DNA from: Oopsacas minuta
Lineage: Eukaryota > Animalia > Porifera
Reading direction: 5' to 3'
Length of the DNA stretch: 64,000 nt
Assembly (NCBI GenBank): GCA_024704765.1
Contig: JAKMXF010000300.1
Coordinates: forward strand, 186,001 to 250,000
Shown: positions 1 to 11,326 of the stretch, one piece after another
Position numbering within the stretch: position 1 is the stretch's first letter
Layout of the letters: each line of letters starts with the position of its first letter
Translations under genes and position numbers: made by a program
Notes under the pieces: generated by a model
Databases searched by the model: none
Seen by the model: only the letters and a program-made list of their open reading frames with translations
What the model was told of the DNA's origin: nothing

Positions 1-2269
1 CAAAACAAATATACGAAATGTAATGTTGAAGGCTCAATCGTTAGATCGATTTTTAGGCAAAAAGTTTTCAACAGTAAAACGTTATTCAGGTGAAGGTGCC
101 GAGAGTATGCTCGTATTTATGAACCAACTAATATCTCTTTCAATCCGAGAGTCTAGCTCTCTAACGAATATTGTACTGGGCATGCCTCATCGAGGTAGAT
201 TGAACTTACAAACTGGTGTATTAGGTTATCCTTTACAAGCTTTGTTCCGTAAGCTTAGAGGTAACCCTGAGCTCATTGACAATTCTGGTACAGCTACTGG
301 CGATATTCTCTCTCATCTATTCCAGTCTATTGACCTTCCTATAGAAGGGGAAGGTAGAAAGATACATTTAAGTATGTTACCTAATCCTTCACATTTAGAA
401 GCAGTTAACCCAGTCGCTTTAGGAAAAACACGCGCAAAACAGCTGTTTTTAAAAGAAGCTCCCTATGACGTTACTGGAAATTGCGGATCACGATTAGGAG
501 ATAGTGTAATGTGTGTTTTAATACACGGTGATGCTAGTTTTGCTTCACAAGGAGTAGTAGCTGAGTGTCTAATGATGAGTTCATTACCCAATTTCTCTGT
601 AGGAGGAACTGTTCATGTTGTCGTCAATAATCAGTTGGGTTATACTACTAGTGCTGAATTTGGACGTTTCACTGATAAATGCACAAACTTTGGTAATCTA
701 GCTAATTGTCCGGTTATTCATGTGAATGGTAGTGATCCTGAATCAGTAGTGAAAGCTTGTGAATTGGCATTTCAGTATAGGATGGAGAAACGTCGTGACG
801 TCATAGTAGACATTTCCTGTTTCAGACGTTGGGGACATAATGAATTGGATGAACCAGCGTTTACTCAGCCTCAAATGTACCAATTTATCAACAATAGACA
901 AACTGTCCCTGATCAGTATAGCGAGAATCTGAATTTTAATTCCAATTCTGTTGGTAAAGATTATGAATCTCATCTTAACTCTTGTCTCGCGGAAAGTGAC
1001 GCTTATGATCCTCCACCATCTCAATTCCAAGCACAGTGGTCTGCTATTCAACCTGCGACTAATAACATTACACAATGGGATACAGGATTACCTACTGAAC
1101 TGTTAAGGAAAATAGGAATTCATTCGGTTAAATTGCCGAATACATTTACTGTACATCCTCGGTTAATGAAGTCTCATGTTCAATCTCGTTTGAAAGAAAT
1201 GGAAACTGGAGAGAAATTAAACTGGGCAACTGCAGAAGCTCTTGCTATTGGTAGTCTACTAGTGCAGAGACACACTGTGCGTTTATGTGGCCAAGACTCG
1301 GGCAGAGGTACTTTTTCGCAGAGACACGCACTATTAGTTGACACACAGTCAGAAGATGTACATATACCTTTGAATAATCTCAGTACTGAACAAGCATACT
1401 TTGAGATAGTCAATTCCCCGCTGATTGAGGAATCCGTACTAGGATTTGAGTACGGAATGAGTATTGATAATCCCACACTACTAGTTATATGGGAAGCTCA
1501 ATTCGGAGATTTCTTCAATTGTGCTCAGTTATTTATTGATACGTTTATTTCCTCGGGTGAAGCTAAATGGATGCTACAAAGCGGACTAGTATTGCTACTA
1601 CCACATGGATATGATGGAGATGGACCTGAACACTCATCATGTCGTATTGAGAGATTCTTACAGCTGTGTAACACATCTCCTAGCATTCGTGATTCCGATA
1701 ATGTTAATATGAATGTTGTATTTCCTACTACACCTGCTCAATACTATCATTTACTAAGACGGCAACAGGTCAGGAATTTCCGAAAACCTTTGATTATTGT
1801 AGGTCCTAAAGGATTGTTAAGATTACCAGAAGCTGTTTCTTCCTTGAATGAAATGTCATCTGGTACTCATTTTAAAACAGTTCTATCTGATTCTAATGCA
1901 GGCAGTGCTGTAGAAAATACGCAGGGAATTTTGTGTAGTGGAAAGCATTATTACGCATTAGATCAGTATAGAAGGGAAAATGGTATTAAGGATTGTGTTA
2001 TTATCAGGGTTGAGTCATTATGTCCGTTTCCAGCTGATAATATAATAAAGGAAGTAATGAAGTTCCCTTCTGTAAAGAGTTGGACATGGAGTCAAGAGGA
2101 ACCGGAGAATATGGGAGCCTGGTCGTACTTATCTCCTCGTTTCAAACAACAGGTTGGGATTACACCTCGTTACGCTGGGAGGCCACCTCTCTCTGCTCCA
2201 GCTGTTGGTGTCAAGAAATGGCACACTAAACAAGCAGCACAAATACTCACCGATACTTTCAAATTCTAA
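1..2269 (+). CDS. DHTKD1: 2-oxoadipate dehydrogenase E1 (DHTKD1), 5'-truncated by the window edge
   Basis: The frame is open from base 2 (KTNIRNV precedes the track's M at 23). Motifs KRYSGEGAES, GMPHRGRLN, TPP-binding GDASFASQG...NNQLG, WEAQFGDF and GPEHSSCRIERFLQ fit OGDH/DHTKD1 E1. No introns in the visible part. Confidence 0.93.
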   Translation, partial: KTNIRNVMLKAQSLDRFLGKKFSTVKRYSGEGAESMLVFMNQLISLSIRESSSLTNIVLGMPHRGRLNLQTGVLGYPLQALFRKLRGNPELIDNSGTATGDILSHLFQSIDLPIEGEGRKIHLSMLPNPSHLEAVNPVALGKTRAKQLFLKEAPYDVTGNCGSRLGDSVMCVLIHGDASFASQGVVAECLMMSSLPNFSVGGTVHVVVNNQLGYTTSAEFGRFTDKCTNFGNLANCPVIHVNGSDPESVVKACELAFQYRMEKRRDVIVDISCFRRWGHNELDEPAFTQPQMYQFINNRQTVPDQYSENLNFNSNSVGKDYESHLNSCLAESDAYDPPPSQFQAQWSAIQPATNNITQWDTGLPTELLRKIGIHSVKLPNTFTVHPRLMKSHVQSRLKEMETGEKLNWATAEALAIGSLLVQRHTVRLCGQDSGRGTFSQRHALLVDTQSEDVHIPLNNLSTEQAYFEIVNSPLIEESVLGFEYGMSIDNPTLLVIWEAQFGDFFNCAQLFIDTFISSGEAKWMLQSGLVLLLPHGYDGDGPEHSSCRIERFLQLCNTSPSIRDSDNVNMNVVFPTTPAQYYHLLRRQQVRNFRKPLIIVGPKGLLRLPEAVSSLNEMSSGTHFKTVLSDSNAGSAVENTQGILCSGKHYYALDQYRRENGIKDCVIIRVESLCPFPADNIIKEVMKFPSVKSWTWSQEEPENMGAWSYLSPRFKQQVGITPRYAGRPPLSAPAVGVKKWHTKQAAQILTDTFKF

Positions 2270-2406
2270 TTATTCTAATTACGTATATCACGATATAATT
2301 GTAGTTATATTTATCGATTTTTTTAATCATTAATATTTCTAACCAGATTAATTCATACTTTTGAATTGATGTCTTTTTTCGCATCAGCAAATTTTCATTT
2401 AGTTTA

Positions 2407-4286
2407 ATGGCTGAGAACAATTCTACGAATGCAAACAAGCCATCTGTTAATGAAGGTCCTCTTACTTTTGAGAGTTTCGTAGAGTCTCACAAACCACAAT
2501 TACTCTCTTTGGGGATTCCTAATCTTTACTGGAATTCTTTATTCGAAAAACTTAATGAAGAACGTTATGATGCAGGAAGTAATTTTGTAATGAATCAAGT
2601 AGAAGGTGAGTGGGAAGTTTTATCTATTAAAGACGTCAAAAAATCTAATCCCGATTGTATATTTCTAATTGATCATGCTTGGACTTTTGAGATTCCATTT
2701 GCTCGTATGCAGCTAATGCAACATAAAAACCTATTCCTTCGTATGTTAGACTTAATGGGAATTACATATGAAGAACAGGTCGAACCGAATACAATAATGG
2801 TTGATAAGATTCTAGAAGTGATGTGGCAATATAACCAAACTTACTCTTTCTCTCACGAGATTGAAGATGAACCATTTTGGTATATAATGGATGAATTTGG
2901 ATCTCGTATACAGCATAGTAGTGAGCCTAACGTTAACATAGATGTGTATAAGGGCCAATACATTTTGCTAAGAATAAGACTGTATATAGTGTGTTATGGC
3001 CGTTAACAGATATAGAAAATGGTGAAGAGATTTTGCGAGATTATGCCTACGGTGTAAAAGACAATATACTTAGACAAATAAAACTAATGCCGTGGTTTCA
3101 ACCTGATGAAACCAAACTTATGCAAAGCTTAGACGAATTTGCTTTTGAGTATAAAGAAGATATTCTTCTACGAATTGATACACCATTAAAATCACAACCT
3201 TTTGAAGACTTGAAAGCTATGTACAAAAGCAAATATACCGTGTATACAGATATTACTTTGATTACTGAAAATCTTAAGTTAGATAATTTCACTTTTGTGG
3301 ATGATAAGGAATCAGCTGATATTCTATGGGTGAGTGATCATTATAGAAAATTTGATGAACTTACTCCAGAATCTCACGTTTTGTTTATAAACCAATTTCC
3401 ATATGAGGATTTATACAATTGCAAACATTTCATGTCAACTTTGATAATAGCACACGGTGGATTTGATGTGAATAATATACATACCAGAGGGTATAGTTGG
3501 TTGCCAATGACATTTGAATTGAATTATGATTTGAAGCTATTCACTAGGTGTTTCTTAAAGAGACAGGAATTAGGTTTGAAGAATATTTGGATACTTAAAC
3601 CGGTGAATAAAGCCCGTGGGATTGATACTCATGTAACTGATGATCTTGATAAAATTATTAGACATACAGAATCTATTCCTAAGCTGGCATGTCTATACAT
3701 AACAGATCCAATGTTGTTTTACCGTCCTGGAATAGGGAATGTCAAAATTGATATTCGTTACGTTCTCTTGTTAGCTAATAGTGATCCATTGGAATTATAT
3801 ATTCATAACATGTTCTGGTTAAGATTCAGCAATAAACCATTTTCGTTGGACTCGTTTGATGACTATGAAAAACATTTCACTGTGATGAACTACAAACCTG
3901 AATCCAATCTCAAAACAATTCTAAGCCCGGAATTTATAAAACTTTTTGAAGAACAATATCCTCAGTTAAAATGGGCCCCAATCGAGGATGAAATTTGTGT
4001 AATGTTGAAAGAAGCTTTTACCATTTTCTTCTCTTCCCCTCCAATGAGTAAAGTTAAAAAATGTGAAAGATCCAAGGCTTGTTATGCAACAGATTTGATG
4101 TTAGAATGGTGTGATGAAACTGATGGGCGTGGAGAACCTATACGTGTACCTAGGCCAAGATTATTAGAAATAAATTTCTGTCCTGATACCGAGAGGGCCT
4201 GTGAATTTGATCCTCCTTTCTATAATGATATATTTTCTTTATTCTTCCTCCACAAAACAGAGGGATTGCCCTTCAGAAAGATTTGA
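2407..4286 (+). CDS. TTLL12: Tubulin-tyrosine ligase-like protein 12, split across two frames near 2920-2955
   Basis: ORF 2407-3006 carries IFLIDHAWT and WYIMDEFGSRIQH. Frame 3 from 2952 continues GPIHFAKNKTVYSVLWPL...RDYAYG, WILKPVNKARG, DIRYVLL, HFTVMNY and LLEINFCPD (TTL domain). The join needs either a 32-nt GTGAG..AG intron (2921-2952) or a 1-nt indel. Confidence 0.88.
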
Positions 4287-4567
4287 TATTATTTCATACT
4301 TTTTAGCAACTTTTATTAGATTATGTAATTCAGTATAAAAAGTTGCATGTTTTTGGGAGATTTTACGTTATCTGAGAGTAATATCACTATTAAAGATTCT
4401 CCTTAGGAATCATTGCATGTATATTATGTAATACGTTTTAATAGGAAATTTTAATTCTAATGACACAATGCTTGCTAAAATGAAAAAATTGTGTAATATA
4501 TAAGCCAGTTAGGTAAATTTAGTTGAATATATATTATACTGTTTTGATTTGTTATACTTAATTATTA

Positions 4568-5677
4568 ATGGATATCACACGTAACTATATTTTCAGACAA
4601 TTTTACAAAGTAGAATTGATATTCATATTTACTTACATTTTTGTATTATTCCTATGGCTAGTATATTTGACTAAACGGTTAATAGTTTCGAATAAACTGC
4701 TATCTGGAACGAAACGACATGAAAGTTCATCAGAAAGTCAATATTCAGTGTATAACGCGAGGACTCAAGTTATTAAGGGTAGATTCTTGATCGCATTAGT
4801 AGTAGTGGAATTTCTTTCTGCGATTCTTTTTTTGTTAGCTTGCGTGATATTCCTGAAAGACCAAATGTTGTGGAATGTTGGAGGACGATATGTTAACGAT
4901 TCACATCACAATACAAATTTGAGTAATACAAGCGTATCTTGTATGGTAGATTATCGCTTAATCGCGCTGTATAAATATCCACAATTTCTCTTGTTCCCAG
5001 CATTATCTGGCGTGTCTTTTCTACTTCTTATATCCTTGCTATCAATCCATACATATTTTCTAGAAATGCGTTATAAATTCTGTGATTACAAGCGAGGTAT
5101 AGTTAAGTTAGCGGGGATAGGTCTGGGGCAGTGTTGTGTCCTTGTAGTGACGTGCTATTCCCGTTATACTGTATTGTTCGAGCCGTTGATATTCGTGATA
5201 TTCTTAGTCTACGATTTGGTGATATACGTTAAACTTGTAAAACGTTTGAAATTGACACTGAAAGGCCGTCTGCTCGAATTATATACTTTCCACGATTGCG
5301 CATTACATTTCGATAGGGAACAACGTGAATTTCGAAAATACGTTATTTTTACTATTCTCTTCTGTTTCGCTCTGCTAATACCTTCTATACAACTCCGTGC
5401 TGACTTATGTTTCTCTTTATTTTCTTACACACCACACTGCATCATACAGATGTTCTTACTCAACAATCTTAATATACGTTTTGAAGAGTTTAATAAATAT
5501 TCTGATGAATTCGTTTATACACTTACGGACATCAACCCAATTATCTTAATTATTCCTGTCATCTGTATGCTGTTACCACATGTAGCTTATGTGGTATACT
5601 ATGTAGTGAATAAGGTGTCGAGGAGGAAGAGAATTATTAGAAATTACAATTCGAGGATTACAGAAAAACTTATTTGA
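4568..5677 (+). CDS. Orphan 7-transmembrane protein, family member 1
   Basis: 369-aa intronless ORF with about seven hydrophobic segments. It shares motifs with 20096-21286 and 22052-23149 (YNARTQVIK..L....EF; TYFLEMRY; LKGRLLELY). Confidence 0.75.
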   Translation: MDITRNYIFRQFYKVELIFIFTYIFVLFLWLVYLTKRLIVSNKLLSGTKRHESSSESQYSVYNARTQVIKGRFLIALVVVEFLSAILFLLACVIFLKDQMLWNVGGRYVNDSHHNTNLSNTSVSCMVDYRLIALYKYPQFLLFPALSGVSFLLLISLLSIHTYFLEMRYKFCDYKRGIVKLAGIGLGQCCVLVVTCYSRYTVLFEPLIFVIFLVYDLVIYVKLVKRLKLTLKGRLLELYTFHDCALHFDREQREFRKYVIFTILFCFALLIPSIQLRADLCFSLFSYTPHCIIQMFLLNNLNIRFEEFNKYSDEFVYTLTDINPIILIIPVICMLLPHVAYVVYYVVNKVSRRKRIIRNYNSRITEKLI

Positions 5678-5764
5678 TGCATGAATATTTTTTGTAAATT
5701 CAGTACTTTGTAGTTATACTTTGTTCAGACTAAATATTTATATTTTGTTCAGATTTATAAGTTG

Positions 5765-5919
5765 TAAAGCGTAACTTCCACAAACGGGGAACTTCTGGAA
5801 ACGAAGTGAATGAAATAGAGCGAATTCCTACTCCCATATAAATGAGCCTCCAGAAACAGGGAAACAGCAGGTAGCATTTTTCGGTGTCCTGACACACGGT
5901 TTGTAGAGGTTCCATTACA
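5765..5919. mobile_element. Pogo/Tigger-like MITE, family B, degenerate copy
   Basis: Left end TA-aagcgtaacttccacaaacgggg and right end ggtttgtagaggttccatt are imperfect inverted repeats. The core gagcgaattccta.tcccata.aaatga...ggtagcattttt.gg.gtcc recurs at 54880-54950 and, reversed, at 35540-35590. Confidence 0.65.
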
Positions 5920-6126
5920 TTGACTAATCTCAGAAGTTTCATATATTGTCCCATTGCAGCTAAGTAAATCAATTTTCCGTTTTTTAAATTTCATTGTTTT
6001 TATAGATTGAATATTTGGCAATGGACGAGGTATAGTGTTGAAAGTTAATATTCGAGCTAATTAATTATTGTTGTAAATATTTTATTGACACTATAACATA
6101 CATTCCTAGCTACCAAACAAATAACT

Positions 6127-9100
6127 ATGACTACACAGATTCACTCAAGCTCTTCTTTTGCAAGACTACATCTACTTCTGTCTGAATCTATTCCTGAACA
6201 GCTGTTAGCCAGTGAGCTATCTGGTTCTAATGCAATGCTTTGGAAAGATGATTTATATCCAGAACAGTTTAAGATCATGAAGAAACTATGGACTGATTTA
6301 AAACATAAATTTCCGTATCAAGATCTGGCTAACCAATTTGACATTGCAGATCATTTAGCTGTTTATATAATGCTGACAAATTACTTTGTTGATATGCGAA
6401 TTGGTGAAAACATCCCACAAATTACAGCGAATAAATTCCCTAACGAAATAGTCACAAGTTTCTTTACATACTATTTACACGAAAAATTATACAAAATTCG
6501 ATCATTAAAGAAAATATTGTATCTTGCTTTGGACAAAAAACACACGCTCAATCCGTTTATCCTCGTATATCTCAATGGAGAGAAAATCCCAGAAATATTA
6601 CCTTTCCTATGGAAGAAATACGTAAACTTTGATGTGCTTAAATACAAGCCGTATCTGTCTACGGAAGAAGAAGCAAATTGCATTACGATATATTTCAGAC
6701 AACATATTGAATTTTTAAACGTAATAATATTGTTTCTACATCGTTTTCCAGATAAAGCACAAATAGAAATTCTACATGATATAATAGCATTTCTGCTTAA
6801 AAATACCTTTCTCCATCCATCTTGTACTCAGCTACACAATTATCCTAATGCAGCATTCACGGTTAAAACTATTTTATATTTTTCAATTTTACTCGGCTTG
6901 AAGTCGACTTGTATTCTGGCTGATAAAGGTTCGATAAATGAGAAACTATGTAGAGATTTTCTAAAACTTATTCCGTCAAATGATGCGACCTATGCTCCGT
7001 TTGTGATTACCCTCACGATGTTACTTAAGGGTATACTAGTCATAGGAGAGAGAAATGTAAGGAATATTGGTGCTGAAGCTATCCTAAAGGGAGGTTTAGT
7101 CTCTCTTGAAGATTTGGTCAAATTTAGGCTATTTCAGAGGTGTGAATATCTGCGGAAAATTGTAACAACGATTATCTCGGATGTTTTGTTGAAATTGTTG
7201 GATAATTTTGAGATTGAACCTATAGGACAAACTAATACACTATTCAGCTTGGCTATGAACGGATTTTCTTCTTGTGATCCAGTTCTGATTACAAATAACA
7301 TGTCAATCATACAAAGCACTATTTTAGCTTTTGGTTTCGATTCTTTCCCTGTGATCTTCAAACCTATAATGGAGTTGTTATGTCAATTAGTTGCTGTATT
7401 ATCCGCTAGACAAATATACACAATGCTAGCTGGCTTAAAACACTTTAACACTCCTTTAGCTGGTGATATATCTAACTCAGAAGATAAAGATAGATATCTT
7501 ACTGATACAACTGAAATTATGAAAAGTCGTACTTGTACTCTTTGCATTCCAGGAGACACGTTTGGTCGCATAGTTGAGTGGGCGGGTGATACGTATATAA
7601 AGTGGGATTTTGTGTTCAGTGCTTGGATGTTATTTCTAGGCAGACTTGAGTTATTTGTTGATGAGTTTAGTGTTTCAAGCGAAGATGTAGAGAAAGTTGG
7701 AATGATCCTTAAATTGGTACACTGCATTTTGAAAGAAGATATAAATATGTTTAATGAGCTCGATAAGCTCTGTTCAATTTCACCAGCTGTCCTTGGACGT
7801 GCTATTAGTAGCGATATTGAAGAAAAATCAGATGTAATTGTCCATTCAATTGCACTATTAAATATTTTATCGCGAAAAGATCCTAATATTTACTCGCGAG
7901 AAATGACAGAAGCGAATGTACATCAACGTATTGAAGAATTATCCGTGTCAATAATAAATAATCCAAAATCTATTACATTAGAGAATGAAAAACTTTTCAA
8001 TACAATTTTAGCTGTATTGGAGTTATTCGTGAGCACGTTTACTAACCAGCCTAACTACGTTTCAGAGAGTTTCACTCTCGCTTCTATACATTTTATCCAA
8101 CATCTTCTCAGACAGAATTTCTCTGTCAGTGATAATGAGTTTTTATTAGAAATACACACACAAGTATTGCTGCTACTTACAGACATACACTCTCTATTGC
8201 CAGATTGGAAGAACAGTGAATATGAGAGTATTAACTTTATGGGGAAGATGTTCTCAAACTTTCTCTTGCAGGATAATTCTATTTTAGAACTTTTGTTTTT
8301 CGATTTCAACATTCTAAAAAGATTAATGGCATCTCAACAATCAGATTTTCTCCGTAATTCCTGCAGCTCGCTTATTGTACTGATTCTTACACTCTTGGAT
8401 AAATTACTTGTTAACTTCGATAAGCCGTATTTTAAGCTTATGGAGAGCTACATTATCCGACCTGTAGATAGCTTTATACATGTTCTAAGCCAAATAACTA
8501 TGTCACTTCATGAAAGTGAGTTAACGCTAGCTACTTTGAAATTTCTCAAAGAGCTCTGTAGACATTCAGAATTCTCCCTTATGGTATGTCTTGGTGCTAG
8601 TGCAAATGCATTGAGATCTAGTCTAACTACAAAACTGAGAAGCCCACCGGTAATTGTTAGTAACTTAGTTCGTGTTGAGATATTGCACTTCATAGAACAC
8701 GTATTAAAATACCAGCCATCTTTCGCGGAATATATCTTCAGTAAAGATGAACAGAGTATTGTCTCTATCGTGATTGAATTGCTAGACACGTATGGCAAGG
8801 ATAGAGCACATGCTAGCCTGCTAGCTGCTTGTATGGAATTAATTACAGTTGTGTGGGTGACACGTCGTGATTGTATCAGTACAGATTCCCTAACTAACCT
8901 ATGGAAATACGCTAAGTTAATAATGCCATTGTTTTACAGAAAAAATATGGAATACACTGTACCGATAATTGAACTGTCTCAAGGTATTGCTACTGTAATG
9001 ATGATAGAGTTTTATAACTCATTGTTCATTGAGAAAATTGATACAAATTTTAGAGAGTGTATTTTATGCTTTTTAAGCGAAGCATTTTTGGAGAATTATT

Positions 9101-10986
9101 TTAATCTCGCTTTCACGATGCAGCCAGGGCAATCTTTGCTTCATTCTCGTAAGCAAATACGTTACGCTTTATCTATTAGGCAATTTATAAGCATTTTAAC
9201 TGTAAAAGCGCATCGAATCGATTTTATTGATTCGCACCTCAACGAAAATAAAAGGAAGAAATTTATTATCGATATTAGTTTCGATCAGCTGGAATTTGTG
9301 GTGAAAAATCATCAAATACACGAGGTAGAGGAAATATTTAGTGAGTTGATGCTTGTATTGGTAAGTCTATTCAAAAACTGGCCGGAATCAATTGGGGATT
9401 TCAGTGATATTTACAATTCTTATGTCTTAGTGTCAACTTGGCTTGTTTCAGTTGGAAATATCAACTGTCTACCCTTCAAATACTATTTGACAGGATCATT
9501 ACTGTTGCTACAGTCCTCACACTTGAAACAAGCAAATTCAGGTAGGAAACCCAAGAATGAACTGTATTCTTTGATGACGTCACTATTCAATAATATTATA
9601 ATAATTTTTTCGGAAATGCTCCGTAATACTTCTAGTATTGATGACTCAATTCACGAGTTAGTTATACTAAATTTATCTGAGATTATGAATCAAGATTCTA
9701 ACTCAAATCTATTTGAAACAGTCGAAACAACTCCGTTGTATTTTCTAATTATTGAATGTTTGAAACGATCTTCTATTCAGAATAAATTGAATTTAATAAA
9801 TTCATATTTACTTCTTCTAACTTCTTTCTCAAAATTCGAAGTTTTCGCGAAATCTCAAGACCTATCACTCTATTTCCAAGTTGTATCAGATCTCCTTTAT
9901 TGCTGCTCTACAGAGGAAATGCGAGTAAAAGCAAATTACCATGATATATGGTGTAGTCTTCTCGATCTGTTATCGACCTGTCTTATTTCAGGGAAACATA
10001 ATTTCCTTGCTGAGGCGAAGAGCTATCTAGATGGCGTTAGATTTATTAACGAGATAAATACGAATATTACAAATTGCAATAATTTACTCATTTTGAAAGA
10101 AAACTACCATTTAACTATGTTATTGCTTCATCTTTCTAAAGTTCAAAATTATGAAATAAATGTCCCATTCGACCAGTTAACCTTTGCACTAATAAGAATC
10201 ATTGAAATTTGTATAGAATTACTATTACACCATGATAAACTAACACGAATGTGCATCAATACTGAAAACACACTACAAACCGAATCAAAAGCAAAATTAA
10301 TCAGTGAAGAAATTTCTGACGTTTTCTCAGATAGAAATGCATTAGAAGATAGAGCTAAACTCTGGCTTATAAAGACACTACGCGTAGCTCTGACGTCACT
10401 GCATATTTTAACTCCATCTGTAGAAGAAATACTAACTTACCCTACTTCAGATTATATGGTGTATTGTTTTATTTATAACTTCCAACAACCTCAACACGCG
10501 TATAACCGGTTAATACAGCCTGTTTCAGCCTTATGCTCGTGTCTAACTGTATCTTTAGATCTTATGAACAAAATCCCAGCCAAAAGTCCTAACCAAAATT
10601 CAATAAACGCGACTGAATTTGCAAAGAGAAAAAATCAAATTTCATCTTTTAGTTGGGTAAAGAATTTCATAGAAATAACCTTATCACTAATCCTATCACA
10701 ATCTTGTATGGTTATATTATCATCAATAACACCAGCAAATAAACAACTATTCAAAATACATGTAAGTGGAGAGATAGAGAATTTCCTGATGAGTTTACTG
10801 CGTATACTTAATCGGAAGAATATACAGACTACTCCGTGTAAACGGAGATCTAGGTTCACTTGTTCAATATCTTTTCAATCAACTGGTGATAGTATATCTG
10901 CGAAAAGTAGCAGTTTAGGGTTTGGAGATCATCCTGATCAAATATTCTTCATGACAGTTGACAATCTTCGTAAGCACATATTCTAA
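6127..10986 (+). CDS. NUP188: Nucleoporin NUP188
   Basis: 1619-aa intronless helical ORF. LCIPGDTFGRIVEWAGDTYIKWDFVFSAWMLFLGRLE corresponds to the NUP188 IP.GT.G...W....S.W..F segment, and LKYQPSFAE and YHDIWCSLL also fit. Confidence 0.8.
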   Translation: MTTQIHSSSSFARLHLLLSESIPEQLLASELSGSNAMLWKDDLYPEQFKIMKKLWTDLKHKFPYQDLANQFDIADHLAVYIMLTNYFVDMRIGENIPQITANKFPNEIVTSFFTYYLHEKLYKIRSLKKILYLALDKKHTLNPFILVYLNGEKIPEILPFLWKKYVNFDVLKYKPYLSTEEEANCITIYFRQHIEFLNVIILFLHRFPDKAQIEILHDIIAFLLKNTFLHPSCTQLHNYPNAAFTVKTILYFSILLGLKSTCILADKGSINEKLCRDFLKLIPSNDATYAPFVITLTMLLKGILVIGERNVRNIGAEAILKGGLVSLEDLVKFRLFQRCEYLRKIVTTIISDVLLKLLDNFEIEPIGQTNTLFSLAMNGFSSCDPVLITNNMSIIQSTILAFGFDSFPVIFKPIMELLCQLVAVLSARQIYTMLAGLKHFNTPLAGDISNSEDKDRYLTDTTEIMKSRTCTLCIPGDTFGRIVEWAGDTYIKWDFVFSAWMLFLGRLELFVDEFSVSSEDVEKVGMILKLVHCILKEDINMFNELDKLCSISPAVLGRAISSDIEEKSDVIVHSIALLNILSRKDPNIYSREMTEANVHQRIEELSVSIINNPKSITLENEKLFNTILAVLELFVSTFTNQPNYVSESFTLASIHFIQHLLRQNFSVSDNEFLLEIHTQVLLLLTDIHSLLPDWKNSEYESINFMGKMFSNFLLQDNSILELLFFDFNILKRLMASQQSDFLRNSCSSLIVLILTLLDKLLVNFDKPYFKLMESYIIRPVDSFIHVLSQITMSLHESELTLATLKFLKELCRHSEFSLMVCLGASANALRSSLTTKLRSPPVIVSNLVRVEILHFIEHVLKYQPSFAEYIFSKDEQSIVSIVIELLDTYGKDRAHASLLAACMELITVVWVTRRDCISTDSLTNLWKYAKLIMPLFYRKNMEYTVPIIELSQGIATVMMIEFYNSLFIEKIDTNFRECILCFLSEAFLENYFNLAFTMQPGQSLLHSRKQIRYALSIRQFISILTVKAHRIDFIDSHLNENKRKKFIIDISFDQLEFVVKNHQIHEVEEIFSELMLVLVSLFKNWPESIGDFSDIYNSYVLVSTWLVSVGNINCLPFKYYLTGSLLLLQSSHLKQANSGRKPKNELYSLMTSLFNNIIIIFSEMLRNTSSIDDSIHELVILNLSEIMNQDSNSNLFETVETTPLYFLIIECLKRSSIQNKLNLINSYLLLLTSFSKFEVFAKSQDLSLYFQVVSDLLYCCSTEEMRVKANYHDIWCSLLDLLSTCLISGKHNFLAEAKSYLDGVRFINEINTNITNCNNLLILKENYHLTMLLLHLSKVQNYEINVPFDQLTFALIRIIEICIELLLHHDKLTRMCINTENTLQTESKAKLISEEISDVFSDRNALEDRAKLWLIKTLRVALTSLHILTPSVEEILTYPTSDYMVYCFIYNFQQPQHAYNRLIQPVSALCSCLTVSLDLMNKIPAKSPNQNSINATEFAKRKNQISSFSWVKNFIEITLSLILSQSCMVILSSITPANKQLFKIHVSGEIENFLMSLLRILNRKNIQTTPCKRRSRFTCSISFQSTGDSISAKSSSLGFGDHPDQIFFMTVDNLRKHIF

Positions 10987-11326
10987 TTCGATTTTATTTA
11001 GCGTCACTTATCTGTAGAGATGAAGTGGGTAGCTTGAATAATGACGTCATAATTCATAGATTCTTTCACATTGCATTGATTTATAATTATAAAGTGGACT
11101 CTCGTTAACACGAAACACGGTTAGTTTGAAATTCTGGGTAATATTTATTGTATACAAATCTTCATTCCATTTACCGCTGTTATTAATCACTTTGTTACGT
11201 TGTTCGTATTAACAAGAGTCTACTATATTTCATTTTTAAATAATCCAAATGATCGTTGTATTAGTTCAGTGGTGTATCACATACTCTATTTAACTATGTT
11301 AATATAGATGCTACTAGTTACTCATA

